64,000 nucleotides of DNA from Candidatus Rariloculaceae bacterium (GCA_045561025.1 JBJKYM010000015.1:6599-70598); one strand, 5' to 3'; shown: positions 20,461-30,174, counted from the first letter of the stretch. Notes: generated by a model from the letters alone, not told the origin. Numbers and translations are program-made.

Positions 20461-21333
20461 ATGGATCGCTTTCTAGATGCCATATGGATGGAACGGGGTC
20501 TCTCCGAGAATACCCTTGACGCCTATCGCGCCGATCTTCTGGCTCTGAACCAGCGCCTCAAGGGACGCAACGTTCAGATCGTTGATGCCGGCAAGGCAGA
20601 TCTACTCGACTATATTTCATGGCGTGTCGAGGGAGGGGCCAAGCCCCGGTCGACCGCGCGACAACTTTCGAGCTTCCGTCGCTTCTATCGTTATCTCCTG
20701 AGAGAGGGCGTTATATCGGAGGATCCGACCGCCGATATCGCGATGCCCAAGATAGGGCGTTCTCTGCCTCAATCGTTGAGCGAGGATGAAGTTGATGCGC
20801 TGCTTGCTGCACCGAATGTATCGGAGCCACTCGGCAACCGCGACAGAGCGATGCTCGAATTGCTTTACGCCACCGGTGTGCGCGTTTCCGAACTCATCAA
20901 CCTGAAGATGAGCCAGATCAATCTGAACCAGGGTGTTATTCGAATCGTCGGCAAGGGCGACCATGAGCGCCTGATTCCGCTCGGTGACGAGGCGCAGGAC
21001 TGGCTTCGAGATTTTATCGACGGAGCGCGAATCGAGATTCTGTTGGAGCGCCAGACGGATTATCTGTTCCCGACACGGCGTGGTGACTGCATGACACGCC
21101 AGGCTTTCTGGCACATCATTAAGCGTTACGCGAAGAAGGCGGGAGTGAAGAAAAAACTTTCTCCGCATACCGTTCGCCACGCTTTCGCTACGCATCTGCT
21201 GAACAATGGAGCAGATCTCCGCGTAGTGCAGATGCTCCTGGGTCACAGTGACGTATCGACAACACAAATCTATACGCACGTCGCTCGAGAACGTCTGAAG
21301 GACCTTCATTCGCAGCACCATCCAAGGGGCTGA
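20461..21333 (+). CDS. xerD: site-specific tyrosine recombinase XerD
   Basis: MDRFLDAIWMERGLSENTLDAYRADL N-terminus; catalytic residues in ATGVRVSEL, HTVRHAFATHLL, LLGHSDVSTTQIYTHV. Start trimmed to ATG 20461. Followed by dsbC as in many gammaproteobacteria. Confidence 0.9.
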   Translation: MDRFLDAIWMERGLSENTLDAYRADLLALNQRLKGRNVQIVDAGKADLLDYISWRVEGGAKPRSTARQLSSFRRFYRYLLREGVISEDPTADIAMPKIGRSLPQSLSEDEVDALLAAPNVSEPLGNRDRAMLELLYATGVRVSELINLKMSQINLNQGVIRIVGKGDHERLIPLGDEAQDWLRDFIDGARIEILLERQTDYLFPTRRGDCMTRQAFWHIIKRYAKKAGVKKKLSPHTVRHAFATHLLNNGADLRVVQMLLGHSDVSTTQIYTHVARERLKDLHSQHHPRG

Positions 21334-21336
21334 TCA

Positions 21337-21352
21337 CTCCCTAAGCAGGGAG
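21337..21352 (+). terminator. possible weak terminator hairpin after xerD
   Basis: CTCCCT-aagc-AGGGAG stem-loop 4 nt after the xerD stop, followed by cgTTTcTg. Short stem and poor U-tract. Confidence 0.3.
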
Positions 21353-21448
21353 CGTTTCTGCTAGAATCGCTGCCTGTGCCATGAACTACGCGACCCGATT
21401 CAGGTTTTAGGGTTGTAGAGCACCTGTTTTTTTCATGGGGAGATCCTT

Positions 21449-22180
21449 GTGAACATTCGTTGGTCGATAGTCCCGTTGAGCCTGACCCTCGCCGTTTCCG
21501 TGGCGCAGGAAGATGCTGAGCTCACGAAGGAAGAACTCGCCGAAACGCTTGTTGGCGTAGAGGCCTCCGAGGTCGACGATTCTCCGGTTGAGGGGATGTA
21601 TGAAGTTGCCGTTGGGTCGAACGTCGCGTATGTGACGACCAATGGCCGCTATCTCCTTCAGGGCGATCTCTACGATCTGACGACCAATGAAAATGTCACC
21701 GAGACGAGGCGTGCGCGTGAACGTGTCAGCCTGCTGGCAGGCGTCGATAGAGAGGACATGATCGTGTTCAGTCCGCCGGCCGACGACGTAGAGCACACCA
21801 TTACAATCTTCACGGATATCGACTGCGGCTACTGCCGGCAGTTTCATAGCGAGATCGCGAAAGTTAACGAGATGGGGATCGCGGTCCAGTATCTCTTCTA
21901 TCCGCGCACCGGCCCGGATACCGAATCCTGGTTCAAAGCCGACAAGGTCTGGTGCTCCGGTTCTAACGAGCGTAACGGCGCTCTGACGCTGGCGAAGCTC
22001 GGTGGACAGGTACCTGAAGGGACCTGCGACACATCTCCCGTCGCCAACCACTACGACCTCGGTCAACTCGTGGGGGTTCGCGGTACGCCAACGGTCTTTT
22101 CCGCGGCCGGCGTACAGTTGGGCGGGTACCTGCCGCCGGACGATCTGCTGAAGATGCTTCAGGACCTCGAGTCCGAATAG
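21449..22180 (+). CDS. dsbC: thiol:disulfide interchange protein DsbC
   Basis: Signal peptide and thioredoxin-fold active site FTDIDCGYCRQFH; 243 aa; xerD-dsbC synteny. Confidence 0.88.
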   Translation: MNIRWSIVPLSLTLAVSVAQEDAELTKEELAETLVGVEASEVDDSPVEGMYEVAVGSNVAYVTTNGRYLLQGDLYDLTTNENVTETRRARERVSLLAGVDREDMIVFSPPADDVEHTITIFTDIDCGYCRQFHSEIAKVNEMGIAVQYLFYPRTGPDTESWFKADKVWCSGSNERNGALTLAKLGGQVPEGTCDTSPVANHYDLGQLVGVRGTPTVFSAAGVQLGGYLPPDDLLKMLQDLESE

Positions 22181-22372
22181 CTTCGCGCTGTTCCTGCGCG
22201 GGTGGCAGCACACCCGGTACTGAATTGTCGGCAGACTCCGGTTCCAATCGGAATCGTAGATAACCGGCTTATCACGATCAGTGGTTTACGATCTGCCGTG
22301 CGCCATTAAGAAATCCTCATGTTTTTTCGAGCAGCCGCGTGTAGGATTGCGAAACTACTCGATGGTATAGCT

Positions 22373-23308
22373 ATGAAGTTTCTTGTCTCCGCCGCAATAG
22401 CGAATCTTGCTTTTTCACTTGCTGCGTTCGCGCAGGCGCCCGAATGGGCCTACCCCGTACGCGACCTCTCGGTCACACCACCGCCGGTGGATATGGACGC
22501 CCCGCGGACGGTTCCTGGCAGTGATCGCTACTACACTCAGACAGAGATCGACAATCACTGGACGCCGCCGGTTTGGTTTCCCGAGGATTTTGAGCCGATT
22601 CCCGATGTTGTCCTGAATGGTGCCGGAGATCATGTCCGCGCCTGCGCGGCCTGTCACCTGACCTCGGGCTCAGGGCACCCGGAATCCTCGCATCTTGAAG
22701 GCCTGACGGTCGGCTACATGCTGCAGCAAATGGAAGATTTCGCGAGCGGTGCGCGCGTGGACAGTAACTGGATGAACGAGTTCGCTGAAGCGATCTCTGA
22801 AGAGGATAACCTCGCGGCTGCTGAATATTATGCCGCCAGGGAACCTGCGGACTGGGTCGATGTGGTGGAGGCAGAGATTGTCCCGCGTACCTATATGGGC
22901 GAGGGTCGTATGATCTTCGTTCATCCTGAAGGCGGGACCGAGCCGCTCGGGCAGCGAATTATCGAGCTTCCTGTAGACCCCGAGCTCGTAACGGCCGGGC
23001 ATCCCTATTCAGGTTTCACCGCCTATGCGCCGGTTGGCAGTATCGCTCGTGGTGAGGAATTGGCCACGACGGGTGATAACGGTATGACCGTTCCCTGCAC
23101 GATTTGTCACGGTCAGGACCTGAACGGTCTCGGAGATATTCCGCGAATTGCAGGTATCTCACCGCTCTACACGATTCGGCAGCTCTACGACTTCCAGGCC
23201 GGCGTGCGCGCCGGACCATCGGCTGTGCTGATGACCCCGACCGTCGCGAATCTTTCCCTCGACGACATGATCGCGTTGGCGGCCTACCTCGCATCGCTGG
23301 ACCCGTAG
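22373..23308 (+). CDS. exported dihaem c-type cytochrome
   Basis: Signal peptide MKFLVSAAIANLAFSLAAFAQA and two CxxCH sites (CAACH, CTICH). Start trimmed to ATG 22373. Confidence 0.8.
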   Translation: MKFLVSAAIANLAFSLAAFAQAPEWAYPVRDLSVTPPPVDMDAPRTVPGSDRYYTQTEIDNHWTPPVWFPEDFEPIPDVVLNGAGDHVRACAACHLTSGSGHPESSHLEGLTVGYMLQQMEDFASGARVDSNWMNEFAEAISEEDNLAAAEYYAAREPADWVDVVEAEIVPRTYMGEGRMIFVHPEGGTEPLGQRIIELPVDPELVTAGHPYSGFTAYAPVGSIARGEELATTGDNGMTVPCTICHGQDLNGLGDIPRIAGISPLYTIRQLYDFQAGVRAGPSAVLMTPTVANLSLDDMIALAAYLASLDP

Positions 23309-23453
23309 CGTTTCATTAAGATACTGCGCCGTATCAATCGATAACCGGCGCCGCCGCGCGCTCTTGTCGAGTCTGCAGCCGGCATCGGATTATCAGCAAC
23401 ACTCGGATACACTCCCCGATGCTCTTGTGCGTGAGTATAGGAATTAGCCAGAT

Positions 23454-24455
23454 ATGAGTTCCGCGATCATTCAACGCCAACTCACAGATCGTATGGTTCC
23501 GGCGATAGGATTCGGCTGTATGAATCTGTCGCACGGCTACGGCGTGCCGCCGTGCCCGGACCATTCGGCGCGGGTCATCCGGGCCGCACACGATCTCGGC
23601 ATAACACACTTCGATACCGCACCGTTGTACGGCGCAGGAAGTAATGAGGAGCTGTTGGGTCGGGTTCTGGCGTCAATTCGAAGTGAGATTTTTCTCGCGA
23701 GCAAATGTGGCGTGACGGTCCTGAATGGTCAGCGAACGATCGACGGCCGGCCGGAGACGTTGAAGGCCACCTGCGAGGAATCACTGCGTAAGCTCAGGAC
23801 TGAAGTACTCGATCTCTACTATCTGCATCGTTGGGACAAGCAGATTCCGGTGGAGGATAGCGTCGGAGCGCTTAAGGACCTGGTCGCGGAAGGCAAGATT
23901 CTTGCTATCGGTCTCTCGGAAGTGTCGGCGGACACGTTGAGACGTGCACATGCCGTGCATCCGATTGCAGCCGTGCAGTCCGAATATTCCCTCTGGACGC
24001 GGAATGCTGAGATCGCCGTTCTGGATTGCTGCGCCGATCTCGATGTCGCGTACGTAGCATTCTCGCCGCTCGCGCGCGGTTTTTTCGCGGACATGGAGCT
24101 CGCTCCTCTGGAATTTGCAGAGAAGGATATTCGCCGAGCGATGCCGCGATTCCAGAGTCCGCAGCTAGAGCGAAATCAGTCCTTGCTGCCCGCTCTTCGT
24201 GAGCTCGCGAACGATGCCGGCTGTACCCCAGCACAGCTGGCGCTCGCCTGGTTACTAGGAAAGTCGACGAATCTCCATGTGCTTCCCGGAACGACGAGTT
24301 GCGATCATCTCGAAGAAAACTTCGCCGCGATGAATATTTCGCTGAGTGATGATCTGGTCGGAAGGCTGGAAAATCTGATCAGTCGGGAGACCATCAGTGG
24401 TCCTCGCTACAAGTCCGCAACTCAAGCAGAGATCGATACCGAAGAGTGTGCTTAG
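23454..24455 (+). CDS. aldo/keto reductase
   Basis: GFGCMNLSHGYG, HFDTAPLYGAGSNEELLG and AIGLSEVS motifs; 333 aa. Confidence 0.88.
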   Translation: MSSAIIQRQLTDRMVPAIGFGCMNLSHGYGVPPCPDHSARVIRAAHDLGITHFDTAPLYGAGSNEELLGRVLASIRSEIFLASKCGVTVLNGQRTIDGRPETLKATCEESLRKLRTEVLDLYYLHRWDKQIPVEDSVGALKDLVAEGKILAIGLSEVSADTLRRAHAVHPIAAVQSEYSLWTRNAEIAVLDCCADLDVAYVAFSPLARGFFADMELAPLEFAEKDIRRAMPRFQSPQLERNQSLLPALRELANDAGCTPAQLALAWLLGKSTNLHVLPGTTSCDHLEENFAAMNISLSDDLVGRLENLISRETISGPRYKSATQAEIDTEECA

Positions 24456-24478
24456 GCGGAAACCAGTGAGAGTAGCCA

Positions 24479-25474
24479 ATGATAAAAGCACGAGCAGCTA
24501 GATACTGGATCGGCACGCTGGCAGTGTTCATGGCCCTATCTTCATTCGCGCATCACGGCCCGCCGAATAACGTTCTCTACGATCTGGACAACATCGTAGA
24601 ACTCGAGGGAGAGGTCACCGAGCTCTTCTGGCGCAATCCCCACGTCCGTTTCAGAGTGCAGATCGACGGCAGCGATTCCGAGGTCTGGGGAATTGAATCG
24701 GGGCCGGTGACCTGGTTATTCCGGCTCGGCTGGACAGCCGACATCGTTTCAGTTGGCGATCATGTAAAAGTCGCAGGCTACGTTTCCAAGCGGCGCGCCA
24801 ACGAGATGGCTTTAACTAGTATGCTTTTACCCAGCGGACTAGAATTCACCGGCAGCGCCAGGCAGGGAGATCTGAGATTTTCTGACCAGCGTGTGGAAGT
24901 CGATCGGCAGGAGATTGCCGCCGCCGACAGGGAAGCGGCCATTCGCGAAGCCGACGGAATTTTTCGCGTCTGGGCATGGGGTGTGCGTGAGTTCGGCGGT
25001 GGTGGAACACCGGATAATGACGCCAGCGTCCTAACCGACGCTGCCCGAACCGCACGGGAGAATTTCGACATCGCTACGGACGAACCTTTTCTAAGTTGCA
25101 TTCAGGATGGAATGCCGCGGGCGATGTTTCATCCCTGTGTCATCGAATTCGTCGACGAGGGGGCTACGATCTCGTTCCGCAGCCACGAGCATGATATTCG
25201 GCGAACGATTCATATGTCGACAGACGTTGATGCTACGACGGTGTCACCAAGCTCGCTCGGTTACTCGGTAGGCGAATGGGACGGCGATACGCTTGTCGTA
25301 ACGACGACTCAGCTGAACTGGCATTTGTCGGACGAGATGGGTACGCCGCAGAGCCCGAATATGAGATTGCTCGAACGCTTCACGCCCGGCGCAAACGGTG
25401 AGCGGCTTGATTACGAGCTGACTTCATTCGACCCTGCTTATCTGACAGGGCCATCCGTGCGCACCGCGCATTAG
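24479..25474 (+). CDS. HH/NPH family member 1 (fused N+C domains), truncated by an in-frame TAG; full-length frame continues to 25540
   Basis: Signal peptide ...ALSSFA|HHGPP, WRNPH motif, C-domain motifs DGIFRVWAW, LSCIQDGMP, VGEWDGDTLVVTT. The TAG at 25472-25474 aligns with a Trp conserved in paralogs (GHWIWNPG / GVWIWLPG vs AH*MWVPG). The next 21 in-frame codons encode the conserved tail LELEPYEC. Confidence 0.8.
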   Translation: MIKARAARYWIGTLAVFMALSSFAHHGPPNNVLYDLDNIVELEGEVTELFWRNPHVRFRVQIDGSDSEVWGIESGPVTWLFRLGWTADIVSVGDHVKVAGYVSKRRANEMALTSMLLPSGLEFTGSARQGDLRFSDQRVEVDRQEIAAADREAAIREADGIFRVWAWGVREFGGGGTPDNDASVLTDAARTARENFDIATDEPFLSCIQDGMPRAMFHPCVIEFVDEGATISFRSHEHDIRRTIHMSTDVDATTVSPSSLGYSVGEWDGDTLVVTTTQLNWHLSDEMGTPQSPNMRLLERFTPGANGERLDYELTSFDPAYLTGPSVRTAH

Positions 25475-25596
25475 ATGTGGGTGCCGGGCTTGGAGCTAGA
25501 GCCCTACGAGTGCGAGGTTTGGGAGCGCCCCTCGGAATAGCGCAGCCATTCGCGTCCGATGATCAATATTCACGAACTCAGTTCAGGATGCCCGCT

Positions 25597-26595
25597 ATGA
25601 AATTCGTTGCTATCAATTTATTGCTGCTCGTCTCGTTCGACGCCGGGGCTCATCATGCCGTCACGGTTGCTTATGACACCAACAATCTGACCGCGATTGA
25701 GGGAGAGGTTACGAATGTATTCTGGCAGAATCCACATATCGTCGTGACCATTGAGCGAACGCTGGCGGACGGCAGTGTTGAGGAGTGGCGGGCCGAGTCG
25801 GGTTCGACGAATAGCCTCGAGCGAGTAGGCATCGGCAGGGACATTATCTCTATCGGCGATACGATCAGTTTGTATGGAGCGCCTTCCCGTCGGGGGATGA
25901 CGACGATGGCTGCCTATACGATGACGCTGGCGAGCGGTCGAGAAGTACCGCTATGGCCGCAGCGCGCGGTTCAACTTGGCAGGACGATCGAACAGGCGCC
26001 GATCTCCGAGGCCGCTGCCGATGCTGGTGAGCGTGCGGCCGATGGGATCTTTCGAATCTGGAGTCGTGTCGGAAGATCGCTACAGCTGGACGTGTCCTAC
26101 ACGCCCGAAGCTGTGGCAGCGCGTGAGGGATGGGACCCGCTGGCGGACGATCCCGCCCTGCAATGTATCCCACCCGGGATGCCGGGGATGATGAACAACC
26201 CCTACCCAATAGAGTTCGTCGACGAGGGTGACCGGATTCTTTTGAGACTCGAGGAATGGGACGGACTTCGCACTATTCATATGTCGGATGCGGCCCCAGA
26301 CGCTCAGGAGGCATCCGGCGTCGGTTACTCAACGGGGCAGTGGGAAGGAAACACGCTAGTCGTAACGACAACGAATATCGATGAGCCGTTCTTCGACGAT
26401 CTGGGAACACCGCAAGGCCCGGCGGTTCGGCTAGTTGAACGGTTCGTCTTAAGCGATACGCAGGACCGACTCGACTATCGAGTTACCGTTACGGACGCCT
26501 CGACTTTTGTCGAGCCTGCAACCCTGACGGGGCACTGGATCTGGAATCCGGGAGAAGAAATCAAGCCGTTTCAGTGCGCGCTACCGGACGCGTAA
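25597..26595 (+). CDS. HH/NPH family member 2 (fused N+C domains), exported, function unknown
   Basis: MKFVAINLLLLVSFDAGA|HHAV..., WQNPH, ADGIFRIW, LQCIPPGMPGMMNNPYPIEFVDEG, TGQWEGNTLVVTT, C-terminal KPFQC. Start at ATG 25597 (AGGA 8 nt upstream) rather than the ORF-track start 25477. Confidence 0.85.
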   Translation: MKFVAINLLLLVSFDAGAHHAVTVAYDTNNLTAIEGEVTNVFWQNPHIVVTIERTLADGSVEEWRAESGSTNSLERVGIGRDIISIGDTISLYGAPSRRGMTTMAAYTMTLASGREVPLWPQRAVQLGRTIEQAPISEAAADAGERAADGIFRIWSRVGRSLQLDVSYTPEAVAAREGWDPLADDPALQCIPPGMPGMMNNPYPIEFVDEGDRILLRLEEWDGLRTIHMSDAAPDAQEASGVGYSTGQWEGNTLVVTTTNIDEPFFDDLGTPQGPAVRLVERFVLSDTQDRLDYRVTVTDASTFVEPATLTGHWIWNPGEEIKPFQCALPDA

Positions 26596-26617
26596 CCAGT
26601 TACTACGTTGCTTGGTG

Positions 26618-27079
26618 TTATTTCTCCAGAAAGTTCACGCGCTTTATCGTGTCGCTCGGCTCGATTCGTCCGATTGGTGTTGAGCTGTACGTCGAGGAAA
26701 TGACACGACCGTTGCCGCCGAGCATGAATTCCGAAGGCTGAATAATCCCGCGCTCGTCATTCCACCATGCGCCGATCATGTCGGCTTGCTCCCGTGTAAC
26801 GCTGTGGGCGATAGGAAAGCTGAGGTCCGCCTATACTTTCGCGGCCTCTTCCTGTGAGTCGACCGAAGCACCGATTACGGCCACGTTCAGTTTCTCGAGG
26901 TCCGCGCTGATAGCTTCGAAGCCGGCCAACTGCCGGCGATAGTAGGGTCACCAGTGGCCGCGATAGAACAGCAGAACGAGGTAGGGCGTTTCTATATCTA
27001 CGGGAATGGTTATCTGCCCGCCGTCGGTGAGGTTCAGCGTCGTCGTTGGAAACTGATCGCCCGCGTTAAGTTTATCCAT
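26618..27079 (-). pseudogene. peroxiredoxin-like (AhpC/TSA-redoxin) gene with TGA at the catalytic Cys position and a second in-frame TAG; candidate (ex-)selenoprotein
   Basis: My own minus-strand translation (not in the ORF track): MDKLNAGDQFPTTTLNLTDGGQITIPVDIETPYLVLLFYRGHW*PYYRRQLAGFEAISADLEKLNVAVIGASVDSQEEAAKV*ADLSFPIAH...GIIQPSEFMLGGNGRVISS. TGA at 26948-26950 sits where homologs have C in RGHWCPYC. TAG at 26831-26833. Confidence 0.65.
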
Positions 27080-27126
27080 ATCGATATCCCGAGACCTGTG
27101 TAATCGTGTATGTGCTGCCGGAGCGT

Positions 27127-27963
27127 CTAGGCTTCAACCGGAAATCCGACAATGCTGCCCCATTCGGTCCATGATCCATCGTAGACAAGCACGTTGTTAT
27201 AACCAAGGAGGAAGCTTAGCGTAAACCACGTAAGTGAAGCGCGATGGCTGAGACGGCAGTAGCAGGCAATTTCCTGTCTCGTGTTCTCGGTTACACCAAC
27301 CCCGTTGAATACGGCTTTCAACTCGCCGGCGGTTTTAAACGTATCGTCGTCATTAAGCAGGTTGGTGTAGTAGAGGTGGCGGGCGCCTGGTATTCGGCCC
27401 TTGCGCTCCGCGCCGTGATCGAACTGCCCGTACGCTACTACGCGCTCTCCGCTGTACTCCTCGGGCGAGCGCGCGTCGAGAAGCAGCCGATCCGGGTTGT
27501 CCAGATTGCCAAGTACATTGTCTCGACCGATACGCATTGAGGAATCGCCCTGTCCTGGTCCGTACGAAACCGGCTCAGGTGACGGAGCCTCGGTCGTCAT
27601 CGGCCGCTGTTCCTGCTGCCAGTTCGTGCGCGCACCGTCCAGTAGCCGCAGGTCCTTGTGACCCGCCATCGTCAATACCCAGAACGCATAGGTTCCGAAC
27701 TGAACCGGGTCGCCGTAGATAACAAGCGTCATGTCCGGCCCGATGCCGGCGCCGCCGAGCCGTTCTGCCATCTCTGCGGGTGATACGAACTCGCGATCAG
27801 AATCGTGCCAGCACAGATCCTTCCAGTACCACCACTGAGCGCCGGGAATATGACCGGCTTTGTAGGTCTCCTGCGAGTTTGCCTGACTCACTTCGATGAT
27901 TTGGACGTCCGGGGTTTCGAGGTGAGCTTCAAGCCACTCCGTCGTTACAAGCGCTGTCGTCAT
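27127..27963 (-). CDS. two-domain rhodanese sulfurtransferase (thiosulfate/3-mercaptopyruvate type)
   Basis: N-terminus LVTTEWLEAHLETPDVQIIEV and active-site loop CYCRLSHRAS in the second rhodanese domain; 278 aa. Confidence 0.82.
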   Translation of the reverse strand: MTTALVTTEWLEAHLETPDVQIIEVSQANSQETYKAGHIPGAQWWYWKDLCWHDSDREFVSPAEMAERLGGAGIGPDMTLVIYGDPVQFGTYAFWVLTMAGHKDLRLLDGARTNWQQEQRPMTTEAPSPEPVSYGPGQGDSSMRIGRDNVLGNLDNPDRLLLDARSPEEYSGERVVAYGQFDHGAERKGRIPGARHLYYTNLLNDDDTFKTAGELKAVFNGVGVTENTRQEIACYCRLSHRASLTWFTLSFLLGYNNVLVYDGSWTEWGSIVGFPVEA

Positions 27964-27973
27964 AAAAAAGAAC

Positions 27974-28750
27974 TCAATGAGTCATCGAGTAGATGACGTA
28001 GTTGATACCGAATCGGTAGGCCAGAGCGGTCAGTGGCTCCGGATAGAAGGCGTCGTCGGCGTGCTCCCAGGCGTCGCCAAGATCCATATTGAAATTTATA
28101 GCGACGAGTAGCCGGCCGGAGTCGTCATAGATACCGCGCCAGTGCGGCACTTTACCTTGTGGATGCTCCCAGGTAACGCCGTACTGGATCGCCTGCGCGC
28201 CCGGGATCTGCACGCGCTGGTCGAGCGTATAGAGTACATTGAATACTTCATCGTCACCAGGAATCTCTACGATCGGGCGATTCGGAAATACACGCCGTAG
28301 CGACTCCGAGAATGTTACCCACTCGTTCGGGCCATGAAAGTCGTCAACAATCAGGAACCCGCCACGTAGCAGAAACTCTCTGAGTCTGGCGGCTTCGTAG
28401 TCGCTCAGTTGCCAGTAACCCACCTTTACTGCATAGAGCATCGGGTGATCAAACAACGAATCGTCTTCGAGAAATACTTGCCGGTTATCGGTGCTGGAGT
28501 CGATGCGCGTCAGTCTGCTGACTCCCTGAATGAAGTGGATCTCGGCCTCGGGCCAGTCGCGCAGCCACGGCTCGCGCCGGCTGTTTCCGGCGCGACTGCC
28601 GTACGCGCCGAAAGCCATGCGTGCGAAGTGAAATTCTGATTCTCCTGCCCACAGACCGGGCTCTTGTGCGTCGGCGATAAGCGTGCCGAGCAGCGCGCAG
28701 GCGGTCAGCAATACGGCACCTTGTGTCGGCCTGCGAGGAGCGTCATTCAT
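27974..28750 (-). CDS. exported DUF4159-like protein
   Basis: Signal peptide. Motifs FDHPMLYAV...LREFLLRGGFLIVDDFHG...LGDAWEH...GINYVIYSMTH resemble DUF4159 as I recall it. Confidence 0.6.
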   Translation of the reverse strand: MNDAPRRPTQGAVLLTACALLGTLIADAQEPGLWAGESEFHFARMAFGAYGSRAGNSRREPWLRDWPEAEIHFIQGVSRLTRIDSSTDNRQVFLEDDSLFDHPMLYAVKVGYWQLSDYEAARLREFLLRGGFLIVDDFHGPNEWVTFSESLRRVFPNRPIVEIPGDDEVFNVLYTLDQRVQIPGAQAIQYGVTWEHPQGKVPHWRGIYDDSGRLLVAINFNMDLGDAWEHADDAFYPEPLTALAYRFGINYVIYSMTH

Positions 28751-28896
28751 GGCTACAAGAAGTGTAACGCATCAGTTTTACGGCTTCGCGACGTTCCGCG
28801 CTTGTGCTCATGATTTACATCTATAATAGAAACACTCGGCTGACGCCTCTAGATCAATACGAAGGCGAAGCCGTCGCAAAATATCGAGGGGAAAAT

Positions 28897-30174
28897 ATGA
28901 ACAGATCAATTCTGACCATGGCAGCGGCCGTTGCAGGTCTGGTGGCAATTCTCACAATCGGCAGCCGTCTCAGCAGTGCTCAGGAAGAACACACGCCGGG
29001 TACCGGGTTCGCGGCAGTGCCGGGACTCAAGGGGTGGCAAGACGTCTTCGGTCCCTACGAGCCGGTTCACGGATGGCCGAAGCCGCTTGCGGAAAGCGTT
29101 CCTGGCCATGAAGGGTGGACATGGTCCCAGTCGACCGACGTCTTCGTTGAACACGCCGATCGTATTCTTGTGGCCCAGAAAGGTGAGCTGCCGGTGCTGT
29201 CCGACGACATACCCAGAACCTGGTTGCCGGAGATCGGGCCTGGTATCAAATATCCCGTCGGTGGCCGCGTGCCACTACGAGAATCGTCTAGTGCGACTCC
29301 TGGCTACGGCAGAGCAAACCCTGACGGCAACGATGGTCGACCGGGCGTTGATTGGCGGTGGGAACACCTCATAGTCGTCTTCGATAGCGAAGGCAACATG
29401 ATTGAAGACTGGACGCGGTGGGACAGTATCTGGGGCCGGCCGCACGATATCGAGATCAGCCCCTACGATCCGGAGAAGCATGTCTGGATCGTTGACGCGG
29501 ATGCGCACTTCGTTACCAAGTTCAGCAATGATGGCAAAGAGCGCCTGCTGACGCTGGGAACGCCGGGCGTCCCCGGGGACGACGATACGCACCTGAATGA
29601 ACCAACGTTTCTTGCGTTCATGGACGAAGATACGTTCTATCTTGCCGACGGATACGAGAATACTCGTATCATTAAATACGACATGGATGGCAACATACTG
29701 CTGCAGTGGGGTATGAAGGGAACACCGCCCAACGAGCAGCGTCCGAGCCACTTCAATAACGTTCATGGTATCGCCGTTAATCCGATTACCCGGCAGGTTT
29801 TCATAAACGACCGTGACAATGGCCGCGTACAGGTCTTCGATGAGCATGGCAACTTTCTGGACCAATGGAGCATGGGTCCACGTCCGCCAATGAATATCCA
29901 CGATATTTACATGGGCGATGACGGAATACTTTGGGCGGCCGATCAGGGATCGAGCAAGCTCAATGGTTACGATGCCAGCGGGAACTTCATTTACTCATGG
30001 GGAACGTTCGGCGATTGTCAGGGCTGCATGTGGGGCGTACACGGTTTCCATACGGACATGGACGGCAATCTCTACACCTCGGAAGTGCGAACCGGTCGAG
30101 TCCAGAAGTACACGCCACGACCGGGAGCTAACCCCGCGTTCCTCGTAGGAAAGCCCTGGCCCAGAGTTTGGTAA
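28897..30174 (+). CDS. exported NHL-repeat six-bladed beta-propeller protein
   Basis: Signal peptide MNRSILTMAAAVAGLVAILT. Repeated NHL-like blades (HDIEISPYDPEKHVWIVDADAHFVTKF; HGIAVNPITRQVFINDRDNGRVQVFDEHGNFLDQW; NLYTSEVRTGRVQKY). Start trimmed to ATG 28897. Confidence 0.75.
   Translation: MNRSILTMAAAVAGLVAILTIGSRLSSAQEEHTPGTGFAAVPGLKGWQDVFGPYEPVHGWPKPLAESVPGHEGWTWSQSTDVFVEHADRILVAQKGELPVLSDDIPRTWLPEIGPGIKYPVGGRVPLRESSSATPGYGRANPDGNDGRPGVDWRWEHLIVVFDSEGNMIEDWTRWDSIWGRPHDIEISPYDPEKHVWIVDADAHFVTKFSNDGKERLLTLGTPGVPGDDDTHLNEPTFLAFMDEDTFYLADGYENTRIIKYDMDGNILLQWGMKGTPPNEQRPSHFNNVHGIAVNPITRQVFINDRDNGRVQVFDEHGNFLDQWSMGPRPPMNIHDIYMGDDGILWAADQGSSKLNGYDASGNFIYSWGTFGDCQGCMWGVHGFHTDMDGNLYTSEVRTGRVQKYTPRPGANPAFLVGKPWPRVW

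Noticed and set aside
20461-21333. The tyrosine recombinase as a marker of a phage, integrative element or integron bounding the accessory island.
   Set aside because: The sequence and the xerD-dsbC synteny are those of the housekeeping XerD. No att-like repeats, tRNA target or phage genes are adjacent, and the island starts 3 kb further on after core-type genes.
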